64,000 bases of DNA from Octopus vulgaris (taxonomy: Eukaryota). Below the pieces are notes generated by a model that ran no database searches, was not told where the DNA came from, and saw only the letters and a program-made list of their open reading frames with translations. Where the stretch lies: positions 682,001 through 746,000 of the forward strand of contig OX597822.1 in assembly GCA_951406725.2 (NCBI GenBank), in the 5' to 3' direction. Positions 1 through 12,830 of the stretch are shown here, piece by piece. Within the stretch, counting starts at the first letter, position 1. Each line of letters starts with the position of its first letter. The translations under genes were made by a program, and so were the position numbers.

Positions 1-23
1 ATGAAAATTGCGAAGATAGAAGG

Positions 24-54
<31 letters not shown>

Positions 55-285
55 GGAGAGAGAACGAGAGGAGGGAGAGAAAGAGAGAAAAATATTATTT
101 TCCGCAGTTTGATTAGAGAATTAATTAAGAATCGATGATTATTTGTCCATTTCAAGCCAGACTTAATAGAAACCACAAAGAAATAAAACAAAACAAAATT
201 ATATTTTTTTTTATCATTAATATTATTAGAAAAGAAAGAAATAATTTTTGTCATATTTTTCTTGATATTTTAATATTTTCCATCA

Positions 286-343
<58 letters not shown>

Positions 344-666
344 TCTGTGCGTTTTTTCGGTTCTCATTTTTATTGCATGACATTATGGAACGAGTTTACA
401 ATTTGTTGTTATTTATTAAAACTTGCTTCAATTTTAGTTGCCTTTCTTTTTCTTTTGTCTTTTTAAAACAAACCCAAAACAAATTTACGACTTTCGATTA
501 GAACCTTGCAACATTCTTGATGTGTAAGAAGGCTACGGAAGAAAAAGAAAAAAGTTCTGAAATTACGGAGAAGTATTAACGACGGTTCAACTATCAGGAA
601 GGCCCCCATCTCCTAAAAATCATGACTTCGCCCCAGCCTCCAACCAATTATTCACCGAGCATTAAA

Positions 667-854
<188 letters not shown>

Positions 855-945
855 GACAAATAATTTAGATAGTTATGGATATTATATATATATATATATT
901 ATATATATATAGGTAGATAGATAGATATAGATACAGTTATAGGTG

Positions 946-1017
<72 letters not shown>

Positions 1018-1137
1018 TATATGTATGTGTATATTTATGAATATGTATATATGCTATGTATTTATTCACGGATGTAGATATACTATATTTCTACGAAAAT
1101 GTATGCATATATATATATATATATGTTATATATATAA

Positions 1138-1176
<39 letters not shown>

Positions 1177-1283
1177 ATATACATATATATATATACGTTA
1201 TATATATGTATATGAAAATATATGTGTATGTGTGTATATATATACATATATACGTGTGTATATATATGTGTTTGCATGTATAT

Positions 1284-1318
<35 letters not shown>

Positions 1319-1718
1319 GTGTAAGCTTTATTAAACATATTCTAATTTTCACACTTAGCTACAATCTGCTCTCTCACATTTTCGCTATTGACTTGTAAAA
1401 TCATAACATCTATTTCGAGATAAACATTGACAGAAGATTAATTAAGGAAATAAACAAAACAGCTATTGTTGTTGTTGTTGTTGTTGTTATTATTGGAAGA
1501 TGGTGATGGTGGTGGTGATGATGGTAAGGCGGAGGCGGAGGAGAGGAAATATATAGGTATTGTGCTGTGATGGGCGTCGATTCTAGAATTAGGGAATTTA
1601 CACGAAAATCGTGTGTGGGGTGAAATATGCATATGTATATATGAATATGTATACTTACGTATATGTACATGTATGTATATATATATATAAATATATATAT
1701 ATAAATATATATATATAA

Positions 1719-1807
<89 letters not shown>

Positions 1808-1819
1808 TACTTCACACAG

Positions 1820-1890
<71 letters not shown>

Positions 1891-2179
1891 TTCACATATA
1901 CATATATCCATACGTAGGTGTAGACGCATATACTTACTTATATATAAATACATACACACACACATACATAAGCACGTATATATAATCATATCCGCTAATG
2001 GTAGGGGATGTGAGAAACAGAACTCAAATAAAGAGCTAGAGTATGAATAATTAGATTTAATTCAATGAGGTGCAACCAATTTGGGGAAGAAAATACTTTT
2101 AAAGCTTGATCGACCTTTCTGGAGTTGACATAGATTCATCTAAATTTCAAACAAGGGAACTAGAAGTCAACGATCAGTA

Positions 2180-2436
<257 letters not shown>

Positions 2437-2572
2437 GTCTATGTGTCTGTATGTCTGCCTATCATATCTAAATGGAAATTTAAAAGGGAATTCAAGGCTC
2501 AGAGTTTCGTGCTGAATTCCATATACAAAACTCTCGTGTTACCTTTGTAAGATTCCCCCGACTAATATGCAT

Positions 2573-2608
<36 letters not shown>

Positions 2609-2615
2609 ACACACA

Positions 2616-2647
<32 letters not shown>

Positions 2648-2812
2648 CTCTCTCTCTCTCTCTCTCACTCTCACTCTCTCTCTCTCTCACACACACATAC
2701 ATAAAAATATATAAATTTATACTCACTGCAGTATTACCCCATCTTATACCAATGAGCATATGTTTTAATAAGTAAAGAAATAGGATGATGGCTGTCACGG
2801 GAGATATATTGC

Positions 2813-2883
<71 letters not shown>

Positions 2884-3039
2884 AATACCAATAATGAGAT
2901 AAATAAACACTCTGTTATGATACAGTAATTATTCAAAAGCTTTAAATTTGACTAGACTTTTAAATGTCAAAACAGAATGATTTTACTAATATACATATAT
3001 ATATAGATATACGCACACACATATACGTATATATGTAGT

Positions 3040-3105
<66 letters not shown>

Positions 3106-3526
3106 CATATCTAAGTAATAATTAATATTGCTTACAGCGTGGCCACAAAGGTCAACGTTCTAGAATATAAACTAACGTCCTGTCTCTTTTATTGTGACGC
3201 TGAATAATGATGTATGTGAGTATATATATGTATACATGTATGTATGTATACATATATACATATATATTTATACACATACATATACACAAGCATGTAAATA
3301 TATATATATATATATATACATACATAATACATACGGACACACACACGCACGTGCACATACTCACACATTTATACATGTAAATATAATATATATAAAAATA
3401 TATATATACATATAAATATACAAATATTTTATCAACTCATAGTAGTGCGTGCCTGTGTGCGTGTGTAAACATGTGTGTGCGAGAGTGCGTGTATATTTGC
3501 ATAAATATCACCTTGCCAGCTTCAAA

Positions 3527-3632
<106 letters not shown>

Positions 3633-3814
3633 TATTAATCCAAGGAAAAAATAATTTACTTGTAAGGGATGGAAAACATCCAATTTTCACTGGTTCTTCA
3701 GTTAAATACCACAATATAGTAGAGAAAAAATCCGAACTAAAAATAGTATAATTATATTATATTATAAGGTTAATAAATTTTCAATATGTCAATTGCATTT
3801 CTCTATTTCCATTA

Positions 3815-3866
<52 letters not shown>

Positions 3867-4026
3867 AATTGCAATACGGAGTTTGTAATAGTTCAGCAGA
3901 AAATATTTACGGAGATGCCATTAACTCTGTTATTAACTAAGATAAAATCATTAAAATGATAACAGAATTAATAATATAGGCGATTGCAGGTCCAAAAACG
4001 CATTAAATAGTCAAAAGATTAACATT

Positions 4027-4327
4027 TATATTAGTCAAAGGAAATAATGAGTATGACTACCTGCTAGAAATAACAGTCAAAACTAATTATTTATATCGCC
4101 GACTAAATCACTGACAATAGTTACAGAAACAACAGTCTGTGAGTATACGGGTTAAGAAAATCATTCAACATGCCAGTATAGCATCCAGAATATATAAATG
4201 GATGCTATACTTTTGAATGACTGCTCGCAGACTGTTACTTTTTGTAATTATACTGTTTTTGTCGGAATTTTAAATAATTAGATTTGACTTATTTCTAGTA
4301 GGTAGACATACTCAGTATGTCCTTTGA

Positions 4328-4335
<8 letters not shown>
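4027..4335. mobile_element. Imperfect foldback/palindromic MITE-like element
   Basis: TATATTAGTCAAAGGA...TCCTTTGATTAATATA termini; internal pairs CTACCTGCTAGAAATAA/TTATTTCTAGTAGGTAG and GTATAGCATCC/GGATGCTATAC; right end abuts (TA)n. Confidence 0.75.
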
Positions 4336-4375
<40 letters not shown>

Positions 4376-4380
<5 letters not shown>

Positions 4381-4568
4381 CGCCATGATAGATCGTTAGC
4401 CACTACACACATTTTTTTCTCTCCTTGTTTTTTCTGTGTCCCTTTCTGTAGAAGAGCGTAGGCTCGAAACGTAAAAGACTTTTTCTATTCCTGAGCGTTA
4501 TACTAATACATCTGTTTGTTTTGTACACCACCTGTCCTCGCCTTTTGTTGTTTTCGTAAACTCTCCCT
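4376..4568 (+). mobile_element. Short TA-flanked element with a variant hammerhead-like motif (probable Penelope pLTR remnant)
   Basis: 4442-4477: CTTT CTGTAGAA GAGC-GTAG-GCTC GAAA C GTA AAAG; flanked by (TA)n on both sides. Confidence 0.5.
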
Positions 4569-5479
4569 ATATATATATATATATATATATATATTACACG
4601 CACATACACACCCCCCACCCCCACATGTTTATTTATCTAATATTAGATGTATTAGGTAAATGTAAACAGTTTCTAAGAGATCACTTTTCCTCTGTTAAGG
4701 ATTTTATCGGCCACTGACTTCTCTTTATTCCTCTTCTGAAGCATGTTGTTTGTGAGCACATTATTTGTTAGGCCTTTAATCGGGGGGGGGGGGCTGATTT
4801 TTCCACCCCTGAGTACATTTTATTCAGGCACAAAATGTTGGTGACACAGGTCAGCTGCATTGCTGTTGATTTACAAAGAACCAGCTAACTCTGTTAGGAG
4901 ATCGTTGCAGTGTTAAATGATAAAAAAGTCATAGCATCTATTCTTATGAAAGAGAGCAATGTATAACTCTATAACATATAGAATTGTCTAAAATATATAG
5001 ATCTATTCTATATTAGTGTTGAAACAAGCGGCTAATTGCAAGCAATTTATTAATCAAACTAGTTCCTAAAAATACGCTTTATGTGCAAATCACTCAATCC
5101 GATTTACTTGATGCTTCAGTGATGCTGAGTGCATAATTAATGCTTTTGCACAGTTTTATAGGGTACTCAGTTGCAGATGTAATCCTAACAGAGGGTTGGA
5201 ACTCTTTTGCGTCATTTTCAGTCCATAAATATATTGTTTGTAGAGACAAGTTGTTTACATTTGTCCATCATAGAATGTTGGCTAAATTTATTTCACAGAT
5301 ATTAGCTGTTGTTCAGGCATGCAGGTCTGTCCTCTCCTCACTATTTTGTATATCCAAGAGAGAAGGTACCTGCTTGATCCAAATACAACCTGTCATCAAA
5401 CGCCTTGATGTCAGAACGCAAATTTTCAGAAGATATTACACAAGGTAACTTGCCCAAGCCTTCAACAATTCCCTCAATT

Positions 5480-5635
5480 CACCGACCTGTACTGATACTT
5501 TTTTAACCCCAGAAAGGACGAATAGCAAAGTTGACCTCGGTAGAATTTGAACACATCGCAGAGATTCGGAACAAAAGCTGCTCAGCTTTCTATCTATCCA
5601 GCGCTGTAACGACTCTATTCATTCACTTCTTTAGC
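5480..5635 (-). mobile_element. Degenerate tRNA-derived SINE (family A, same family as the 184-bp satellite)
   Basis: CCCCAGAAAGGACGAATAGCAAAGTTGACCTCGGTAGAATTTGAAC aligns to the satellite unit. Confidence 0.65.
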
Positions 5636-5786
5636 ACGAAGGGGACATAATATAAATCCCCTCCTGTAAAAGACACGAGTCCATCACATATAGATCTTCC
5701 CCATGGAAGTAACTGAACTAAACACTATAATATAGCGTCTCACTCGTCAGTGACTGAGTGCTGCTTTCAGTAACAGATCATATCGC

Positions 5787-6201
5787 GGATCTTTTCGGTT
5801 TGAACGGCAGCTTTTTTCTAGCGGTGTCATATGAAATTGTCACCCATAATTATGACCCTAGTATCGATCTATTGCATTTCAATCTGTTTTAGGGTTAGGG
5901 GTGGGGGAAGGGTATCTTTTTTTTCTTCACAAATGTAAATAAACCCAATCTGTTTCTTAAACGAGGGACATATTCATACGGCACAGAATGTTTTCACCTC
6001 AATAGACAGTCATTGATTGGTTGAAATTACAGAAATTGAAGAAAAAAACCCCCAACAAATATCTTACAAACTATAGAATTTTCTCAATAAAGCCAAGAGA
6101 AAAAAATGTTTTATAAACACATTCTACCAGTATACGAAGTTTAAAAGTGTTTAGTTACCTAGAAGTTATGTTAAAAACTGCCGTTCAAACCGAAAAGATC
6201 C
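5787..6201. mobile_element. Non-autonomous DNA transposon (MITE), ~415 bp, ~28-bp TIRs, 8-bp TSD; possibly Merlin-like
   Basis: TIRs GGATCTTTTCGGTTTGAACGGCAG / CTGCCGTTCAAACCGAAAAGATCC; TSD CATATCGC at 5779-5786 and 6202-6209; internal TTAGGGTTAGGG. Superfamily is inference. Confidence 0.88.
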
Positions 6202-6919
6202 CATATCGCCACCCAGAGATAGGTGACTATTGATACAGGTCAGCAGCACTACAGCTGAGTTACGAAGAACCAACGATCTCTGTTTGGAGATTGATATAAG
6301 TGATGACGTGATAACAGCCACTCCTATGAAAGAGATGTGGGTTAACCCGGTTTGCATTTTCACGAGTGGGATTAATTGATCTCGCCATGCAAATTAGCTA
6401 TTTATTCGTCTACGAAATAGCGTAGCCGTTGCTTACAATCGTGGGCTGAGTATACCCCACGAAGGGTTCCTTTACTTCTAAGTAGATTCGGTTGTTGGGA
6501 GTTGATATCTTGGTGATAAAATGGTGTTGGTGACTGTAAAGGCACCAGTTACTTCTCGGTTGATTTGTAATCGTGCAACCCCTCAGCCGCCGGTATTGGA
6601 GGATTCCTCTCGTTTCAATCGTTAAACAAACGAGAAGAAACAACAATGATGGGGGATCAGTTTTCGAAGAAAAAGATCAATTCCATGGTTAGTTATGAGT
6701 TGATAATACAAGAAGATTCAATCAGGAGAAATAATAATGCCGAGCTCCCAGCTAAACACATCCACAACCCACACTACTGCCATACTATCATCACAAACAA
6801 CTTCCATTTCTGCCTCTCCGAAACTGCCGTCGACGTTATCTTCATTCATCTTCCTCCTCCTACCCCTCCACTCTCCACCATTAATACACCACCACCACCA
6901 CCAGAACCACCACCACCCT

Positions 6920-6966
<47 letters not shown>

Positions 6967-7748
6967 GCTACTGCTACTGCTGCTGCTGCTGCTGCTGCTG
7001 CTACCATTGCTACTGCATCCACCAGTTAAATATTGAAAAAACTTGAGCCTAAATAAACGAAATGTCCGCTTGTAATATATTGAAACAAAACGCTGTTAAG
7101 TTGGGTAAAATGTTAAAGCAGACGCCATGTCTAGAGGTAGAATATTTCGTTGCTTTCGTTCCGGAAACTTCCGGAAAACTTCCGGGAAACGTCCATGTAA
7201 TAAGAGCCATATTGTATTGACATGAATCTAATGCCCAATAGAATGACGTGAATATATACGTTCGCTTTCTGTTCATTCCCAAAAGGAAATCTTATCGTTT
7301 ACAGAGATCCACAGACTTTATTATATCAAAACAATATAATTGTTCGTTTTTGTTGTTGTAGTTGTAATAGCTGCGGTCGTAGTATTAGTATTTGTTGTAT
7401 TAGTTATTGTTGCTTCAATATTTAACAATCATTTCCAGTAAGGTCTATTATTTTTGTTAACATCAGTAATTGAAATTCAATCCGACTACAAAAGAGATCA
7501 TTTTTGAAATTGAAGAGTTTTGTTTGTTTGTTTAGTTCATTGTTGTTTGCTTAGCGTTTGTTACTCGTTTACTGGACACGTGTTATGTGTGTGTGTGTGT
7601 GTGTGTGTCTATGTCTGCATATGTGCGAGTGCATGCGTTTGTCCTTCTCTCTCACTCTCTCACACACACACACACTCTCACGCTCTCTCTTTCTCTGCAT
7701 ACATACATACACACATATATATATATATAGTCTATGTATATATAGGTC

Positions 7749-7798
<50 letters not shown>

Positions 7799-8516
7799 TC
7801 TATGTGTATATATGTATGTACATGCATAGACATATATACATATACATATATACAAAGATATATATACATAGACACATGCATGCGTACATGCATACATGCT
7901 CATATATAGATATATAAATATTGGTATACGTGTTCACACATGTGTGTCTATGTACTTATTTAATTATATTTCATTTTATCGAGTGGCAAATAACAATTTC
8001 ATATCTTGTTGTTGTTGTTGTTGCTGTTGTTGTTTTTCTCCTCCTCCACCTTCTTTTTCTTTACCTGGAAGTATGCTTATGTCCTAACGCATGTTACCTT
8101 CCACTCTAGCCATCTATCCTATCAATTGATTCTCTCATCACGGAAAACACAAGTAACCATCTTAATTATTTCCCCTTCTTTCCTTTTACGAAATAAGCAG
8201 CCGTATTGTTGAGAATTTGAGTTCAATTCTTCTAAACAATGCATACCAAAACGTGGAAGATTAACTGAAAGTAGCAAAATCCCTCAGAAAGGTGAAAGTA
8301 AATCTGGAAGGTTCTGTAGCTGATTAAGGCTGACTGAAATTGACTTAGAATAATCTGAAAAGAGACATACGAATGTGTTAATTTGTGCATATATATATAT
8401 AGAGGTGTATGTCTGGATAGGTGTGGATGTACTTGCAGTCGTGCAAATGGTGTACATGTTTCTTTAGTACATTTGTTTGTGTTTGAGAAAGAGAGAGAGT
8501 GAGAGGATAAGAAAGC

Positions 8517-8558
<42 letters not shown>

Positions 8559-8639
8559 AAGCAATTACACTTTATGCGTATATGCTATATACACACTCGT
8601 GGTTGTGTAGTTAAGTTCATTTCCAAGAAACTAAAATGA

Positions 8640-9030
8640 AGAAGCATTGAAGATGTTTTACAAATACTCCTTGTATCACCAGTTGATAGGATTTGAATGG
8701 TGTGCCTCAGTTTGCCTTGCTCATTCTTGGAGACCCCGACAAATTCATTATTTTGCATAAATCTTTTATCATATTTTCCAGTGCACCTATAGTAATTGGT
8801 GAGAATGGTATGAAAATCTTCATCCAGAATGCATCAGATGTAAATTCCACTCCTTTTCTCCATAAATATTCCCTATTTCTATAGAAATTTACGTCCGCTT
8901 GGCAGCCGACCTCAAGCAACAGCGCATTCATTTTACTCATTGCCGCAAATAGCAAAACCATTTCCAATATATTTGTATCCAGTTGCTGTTTTTATTGGAT
9001 TGCTCCATGAGCATAAACAGGAAGACCAGT
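8640..9030 (-). pseudogene. Highly decayed pogo/Tigger-like (DDE_1) transposase remnant
   Basis: Across shifting frames and in the expected order: LPVY...SNKNSNW...WF, KMNALLLEVGCQAD (~ALLLLDNCPAH), IFIPFSPITI (~FLPPNTT), QLVIQGVFVN (~QPLDQGVI). Confidence 0.4.
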
Positions 9031-9239
9031 TCTCGCTTGAGATCGCAGTGGCATGAAACTCAAGTTGCTAGAAAAAGTAATTCTATTATGTAATATACAT
9101 TAAAATTTGCATTAATATTCTTTTTCTTCCTTTGTTAATGAACTAAATAATTTGAATACACACTTAGATAAATAGGCAGATACACACACAGTTATGTATG
9201 TATGTATTCATGAATATGCGTGCGTATACATGTAAATAA

Positions 9240-9301
<62 letters not shown>

Positions 9302-9435
9302 ACATATATATAAATTTTGGGAATAGTTTATCTCGAACCACACTCATAAAGCTATACACAATAGCATGCAGCTATTTATAACTTTCTGTGCGTGCTTCGT
9401 TATATGCTATTCTAAAACAATAATTATTTCCCGTT

Positions 9436-10310
9436 ATACTTTATAGACAATAGTCTTTTCTTTGATTTGATTTTTTATTTTGTTTGGTGGTCTTATCCTA
9501 GATTCACCGGCTTTGTCGGTGATCAATCCGAAATAGGCTTGTATTTATTCCATTTTAATTTTAATGAGTTCGCGCCCGCCGACGGCTGCAGCGAAATTCA
9601 TTTTTGGACTTTCTTCTATCGAAGGCATTCTAACAAAAATGCTTCCGTATAAACGGTGAAAATATTGCCAATTTCCCCAAACAGGGACACAATTCAATTT
9701 TTAAACAATAACTAAAGCTCCTTCTCCCAAAGGGGGAGGGTTACAGTTTACAATTATTTAACAAATGCAACACAACAACGTTTCCCATACGAGGAAGCAA
9801 CAAACGTGATAACAATAGTTAAACAGTAATAATAATAACAACAAAACTTACGGTGAATCAAATCTAATTTAATTTATTCCCATTCTTGTGAAACCACTTA
9901 TTCAAGTTCAAGTCATTGATGCAATTTTATACCAATTGCTATTTTTACTTTTGTTATGTTACGATTATATTATACTTTAGTTTGATTTTAATTATTACTT
10001 ACTACATATAATTCAATTGTTATTATTATCTCTAATTTTTATTGTTACAGTGAAAGTATCTGACATAAAATAGAGAAATGTTTTTGTTTCACTTTTGACA
10101 CGTAATACTGAAATGGTGGAGAGGATATGATATTGCTATGGGCTCGCCCTAGGCAAGAAGTTGAACATTTTTTTGCCGATGACACTTCCCGGACCCCAAG
10201 TAAGGCATGTGTAAAATTGAATGAAATTGGTTGTGTAGTTCTCAAATTTTAGGGAAACAGACAGACAGACAGACAGACAGACTCACATTCTCAGTTATAT
10301 ATATATATAT
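9436..10310 (-). mobile_element. Partial non-autonomous Helitron copy (5' part)
   Basis: 9436-9480 and ~9866-10296 closely match 11631-11675 and ~11716-12143; ends in (CAGA)n-CATTCTCAGTT-(TA)n like the second copy. Confidence 0.65.
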
Positions 10311-10533
10311 ATAACAATAATAAATCTCTGAGCGAGGTATAAACAGTAACTGCTCTGTAATATAAGCGGGATCAGCCATCTGAATGTGGCTAGGGACAGG
10401 GCGGGGTGGTGTTGGTGTTACTGATGCATTTAGCCCCAGGCGACTATAGACGTCACCAGAAGAGCCGACACCATCACGGTGTCCTTGCTAGCCTGCAAAG
10501 GGAGATCAGCCTCCCCGAAGATACGGATGCTAC

Positions 10534-10574
10534 ACACGGACCGGTTTCGAGGTAGTCGCCTCTCGTCAGCGCAT
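10534..10574 (-). ncRNA. Minimal type I hammerhead ribozyme
   Basis: Minus strand: ATGCG CTGACGA GAGG-CGACTA-CCTC GAAA CCGG TC CGTGT; intact CUGAnGA/GAAA core, GUC site, palindromic stem III. Confidence 0.88.
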
Positions 10575-10855
10575 GGCAAGCACCGTTCTTCGTTGAGGGA
10601 CTTCCTCTACAGGCCAGATATATATAAATTTTCACAGTAAACACAGTCACTGGCGTAGAAAATCTGTTCGATAACAATAATAAATCTCTGAGCGAGGTAT
10701 AAACAGTAACTGCTCTGTAATATAAGCGGGATCAGTCATCTGAATGTGGCTAGTGACAGAGCGGGGTGGTGGGGGTGTTACTGATGCATTTAGCCCCAGG
10801 CGACTATAGACGTCACCAGAAGAGCCGACACCATCAACGAAGAACGGTGCTTGCC

Positions 10856-10896
10856 ATGCGCTGACGAGAGGCGAATACCTCGAAACCGGTCCGTGT
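10856..10896 (+). ncRNA. Minimal type I hammerhead ribozyme (inverted copy)
   Basis: ATGCG CTGACGA GAGG-CGAATA-CCTC GAAA CCGG TC CGTGT; predicted cleavage after C10891. Confidence 0.88.
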
Positions 10897-11065
10897 GTAG
10901 CATCCGTATCTTCGGGGAGGCTGATCTCCCTTTGCAGGCTAGCAAGGACACCGTGATGGTGTCGGCTCTTCTGGTGACGTCTATAGTCGCCTGGGGCTAA
11001 ATGCATCAGTAACACCCCCACCACCCCGCCCTGTCCCTAGCCACATTCAGATGGCTGATCCCGCT

Positions 11066-11112
<47 letters not shown>

Positions 11113-11113
<1 letters not shown>

Positions 11114-12155
11114 TAGCATTATGACCCTTCGTTGCCGGGTCAGAGTGCTAGTGCATGTATATATGTGTATATATATGTGTACATATTACATGTACATCTA
11201 TATATATACATCTACACATAAAATACAAAATACAAAGTTATATCTTGATATCGCTAGTGTTAACAATACTCAAAATATATAACAGACTGGAATTGTAAGC
11301 CCGTATCTTGCAATTTCGATCAATTGTATCTTGTCCTCCCTCTTGTATAGAAGCGTGGCTACAATCCAGCCTCAACTTCTGGGGTGGGGGGGGGGGGCAT
11401 TTTAAATTTTTATCCCGGACGTCCTACGTCCCAGATAAAAAGGTAAAAATAAAATATTTCCACTTCGCAAGTTCGAGTCGAGTACTCCCTTGCATGCTCC
11501 GTTGACTCGAACCTTGCTTCTATTGTGGCGAATTTACCGCCTCTGGTTAGATATATTTCATAGTCGCACCAAGACACTTTTCGATGGTGCTTTCCTCCAG
11601 GTGTTCAAACCTTCTTTTTTCTCTACATTGTATACTTTATAGACAATAGTCTTTTCTTTAATTTAATTTTTTATTATCCATCTGGACTATTCCATTTCTG
11701 CACGCTAATTTTATTTTTAATTTATTCCCATTCATGTGAAACCACTTATTCAAGTTCAAGTCATTGATGCAATTTTATACCAATTGCTATTTTTACTTTT
11801 GTTATGTTACGATTATATTATACTTTAGTTTGATTTTAATTATTACTTACTACATATAATTCAATTGTTATTGTTATTATTTTTATTGTTAAAGTGAAAG
11901 TATCTGACATAAAATAGAGAAATGTTTTTGTTTCACTTTTAACACGTAATACTGAAATAGTGGAGAAGATATGATATTGTTATGGGCTCGCTCTAGGCAA
12001 GAAGTTGAACATTCTTTTGCCCGTGAAACTACATGGACCCTAAGTAAGGCATGTGTAAAATTTGAATGAAATTGGTTGTGTAGTTCTCAAGTTTTAGGGA
12101 AACACACAGACAGTCAGACAGACAGACACATATTCTCAGTTTTATATATATATAT
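11113..12155 (-). mobile_element. Non-autonomous Helitron
   Basis: Minus-strand 3' end: hairpin GACCC-GGCAACGAA-GGGTC then CTAG|T; 5' end (TA)nAAAACTGAGAATATGTGTCTGTCTG of the microsatellite-bearing Helitron type; no TIR/TSD. Confidence 0.72.
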
Positions 12156-12538
12156 ACACGCACACATATATACAATCATATATGCATGTTCACGCGTGTG
12201 TACTGTGTTTGAATGTTTATTTTTGGCAGTATAGCTATTTTATGGTTATGTATCAATGTGAGATTATTGTTTTTTCTGAAAAAATTTTTTGGCTTTCATA
12301 CAATAGAATGTGTTTAAACCGAAAATAAAAATAATAAAGAGACGGAACACTTCTACTATTCATGACAAAGCAGCAAAAACAGTCACAACAATAGCAATAG
12401 CGATGAAAGCTACAAGAATAAGCAGAATGAATTACAGATAGAAGTTTGACTTTTATTGGCAGTCTTACCACAAAAATAATATGAACGAACAATTAAACAA
12501 TGACTATTCGTCGAAAACATCTGCAGTACTTACTTTAG

Positions 12539-12539
12539 G

Positions 12540-12614
<75 letters not shown>

Positions 12615-12696
12615 TTAATAATAATAATGATAGTAATATTAATAATAATAATGATAATAATGATAATAGTAGTAGTAGAAGTTGTAATATTAATAA

Positions 12697-12758
<62 letters not shown>

Positions 12759-12764
12759 ATAATG

Positions 12765-12823
<59 letters not shown>

Positions 12824-12830
12824 CAAATAA
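12539..12830. repeat. Compound (TAA)n/(TAG)n microsatellite
   Basis: Direct reading. Confidence 0.95.

Larger units (their letters stand above)
10311..11070 (-). mobile_element. Non-coding hammerhead-containing element: 360-bp unit + partial tandem unit + inverted partial copy (retrozyme-like / non-autonomous Penelope derivative)
   Basis: 10311-10670 restarts at 10671 (to ~10836); ~10834-11070 is the reverse complement of ~10358-10596; (TA)n on both sides; no credible protein. Confidence 0.85.

Noticed and set aside
3665-3712. CTGAAGA...GAAA on minus strand as a hammerhead
   Set aside because: No workable stem II/III or NUH site in register
4890-5450. Possible decayed hAT (Buster-like) transposase on minus strand
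   Set aside because: Only faint MTG/H-motif resemblance; cannot support without a profile search
5889-5900. Telomeric repeat
   Set aside because: Only two TTAGGG units, internal to a MITE
10474-11024. ORFs 10474..10677 and 10647..11024 as proteins
   Set aside because: They cross duplication/inversion junctions of the hammerhead element and have no recognisable motifs
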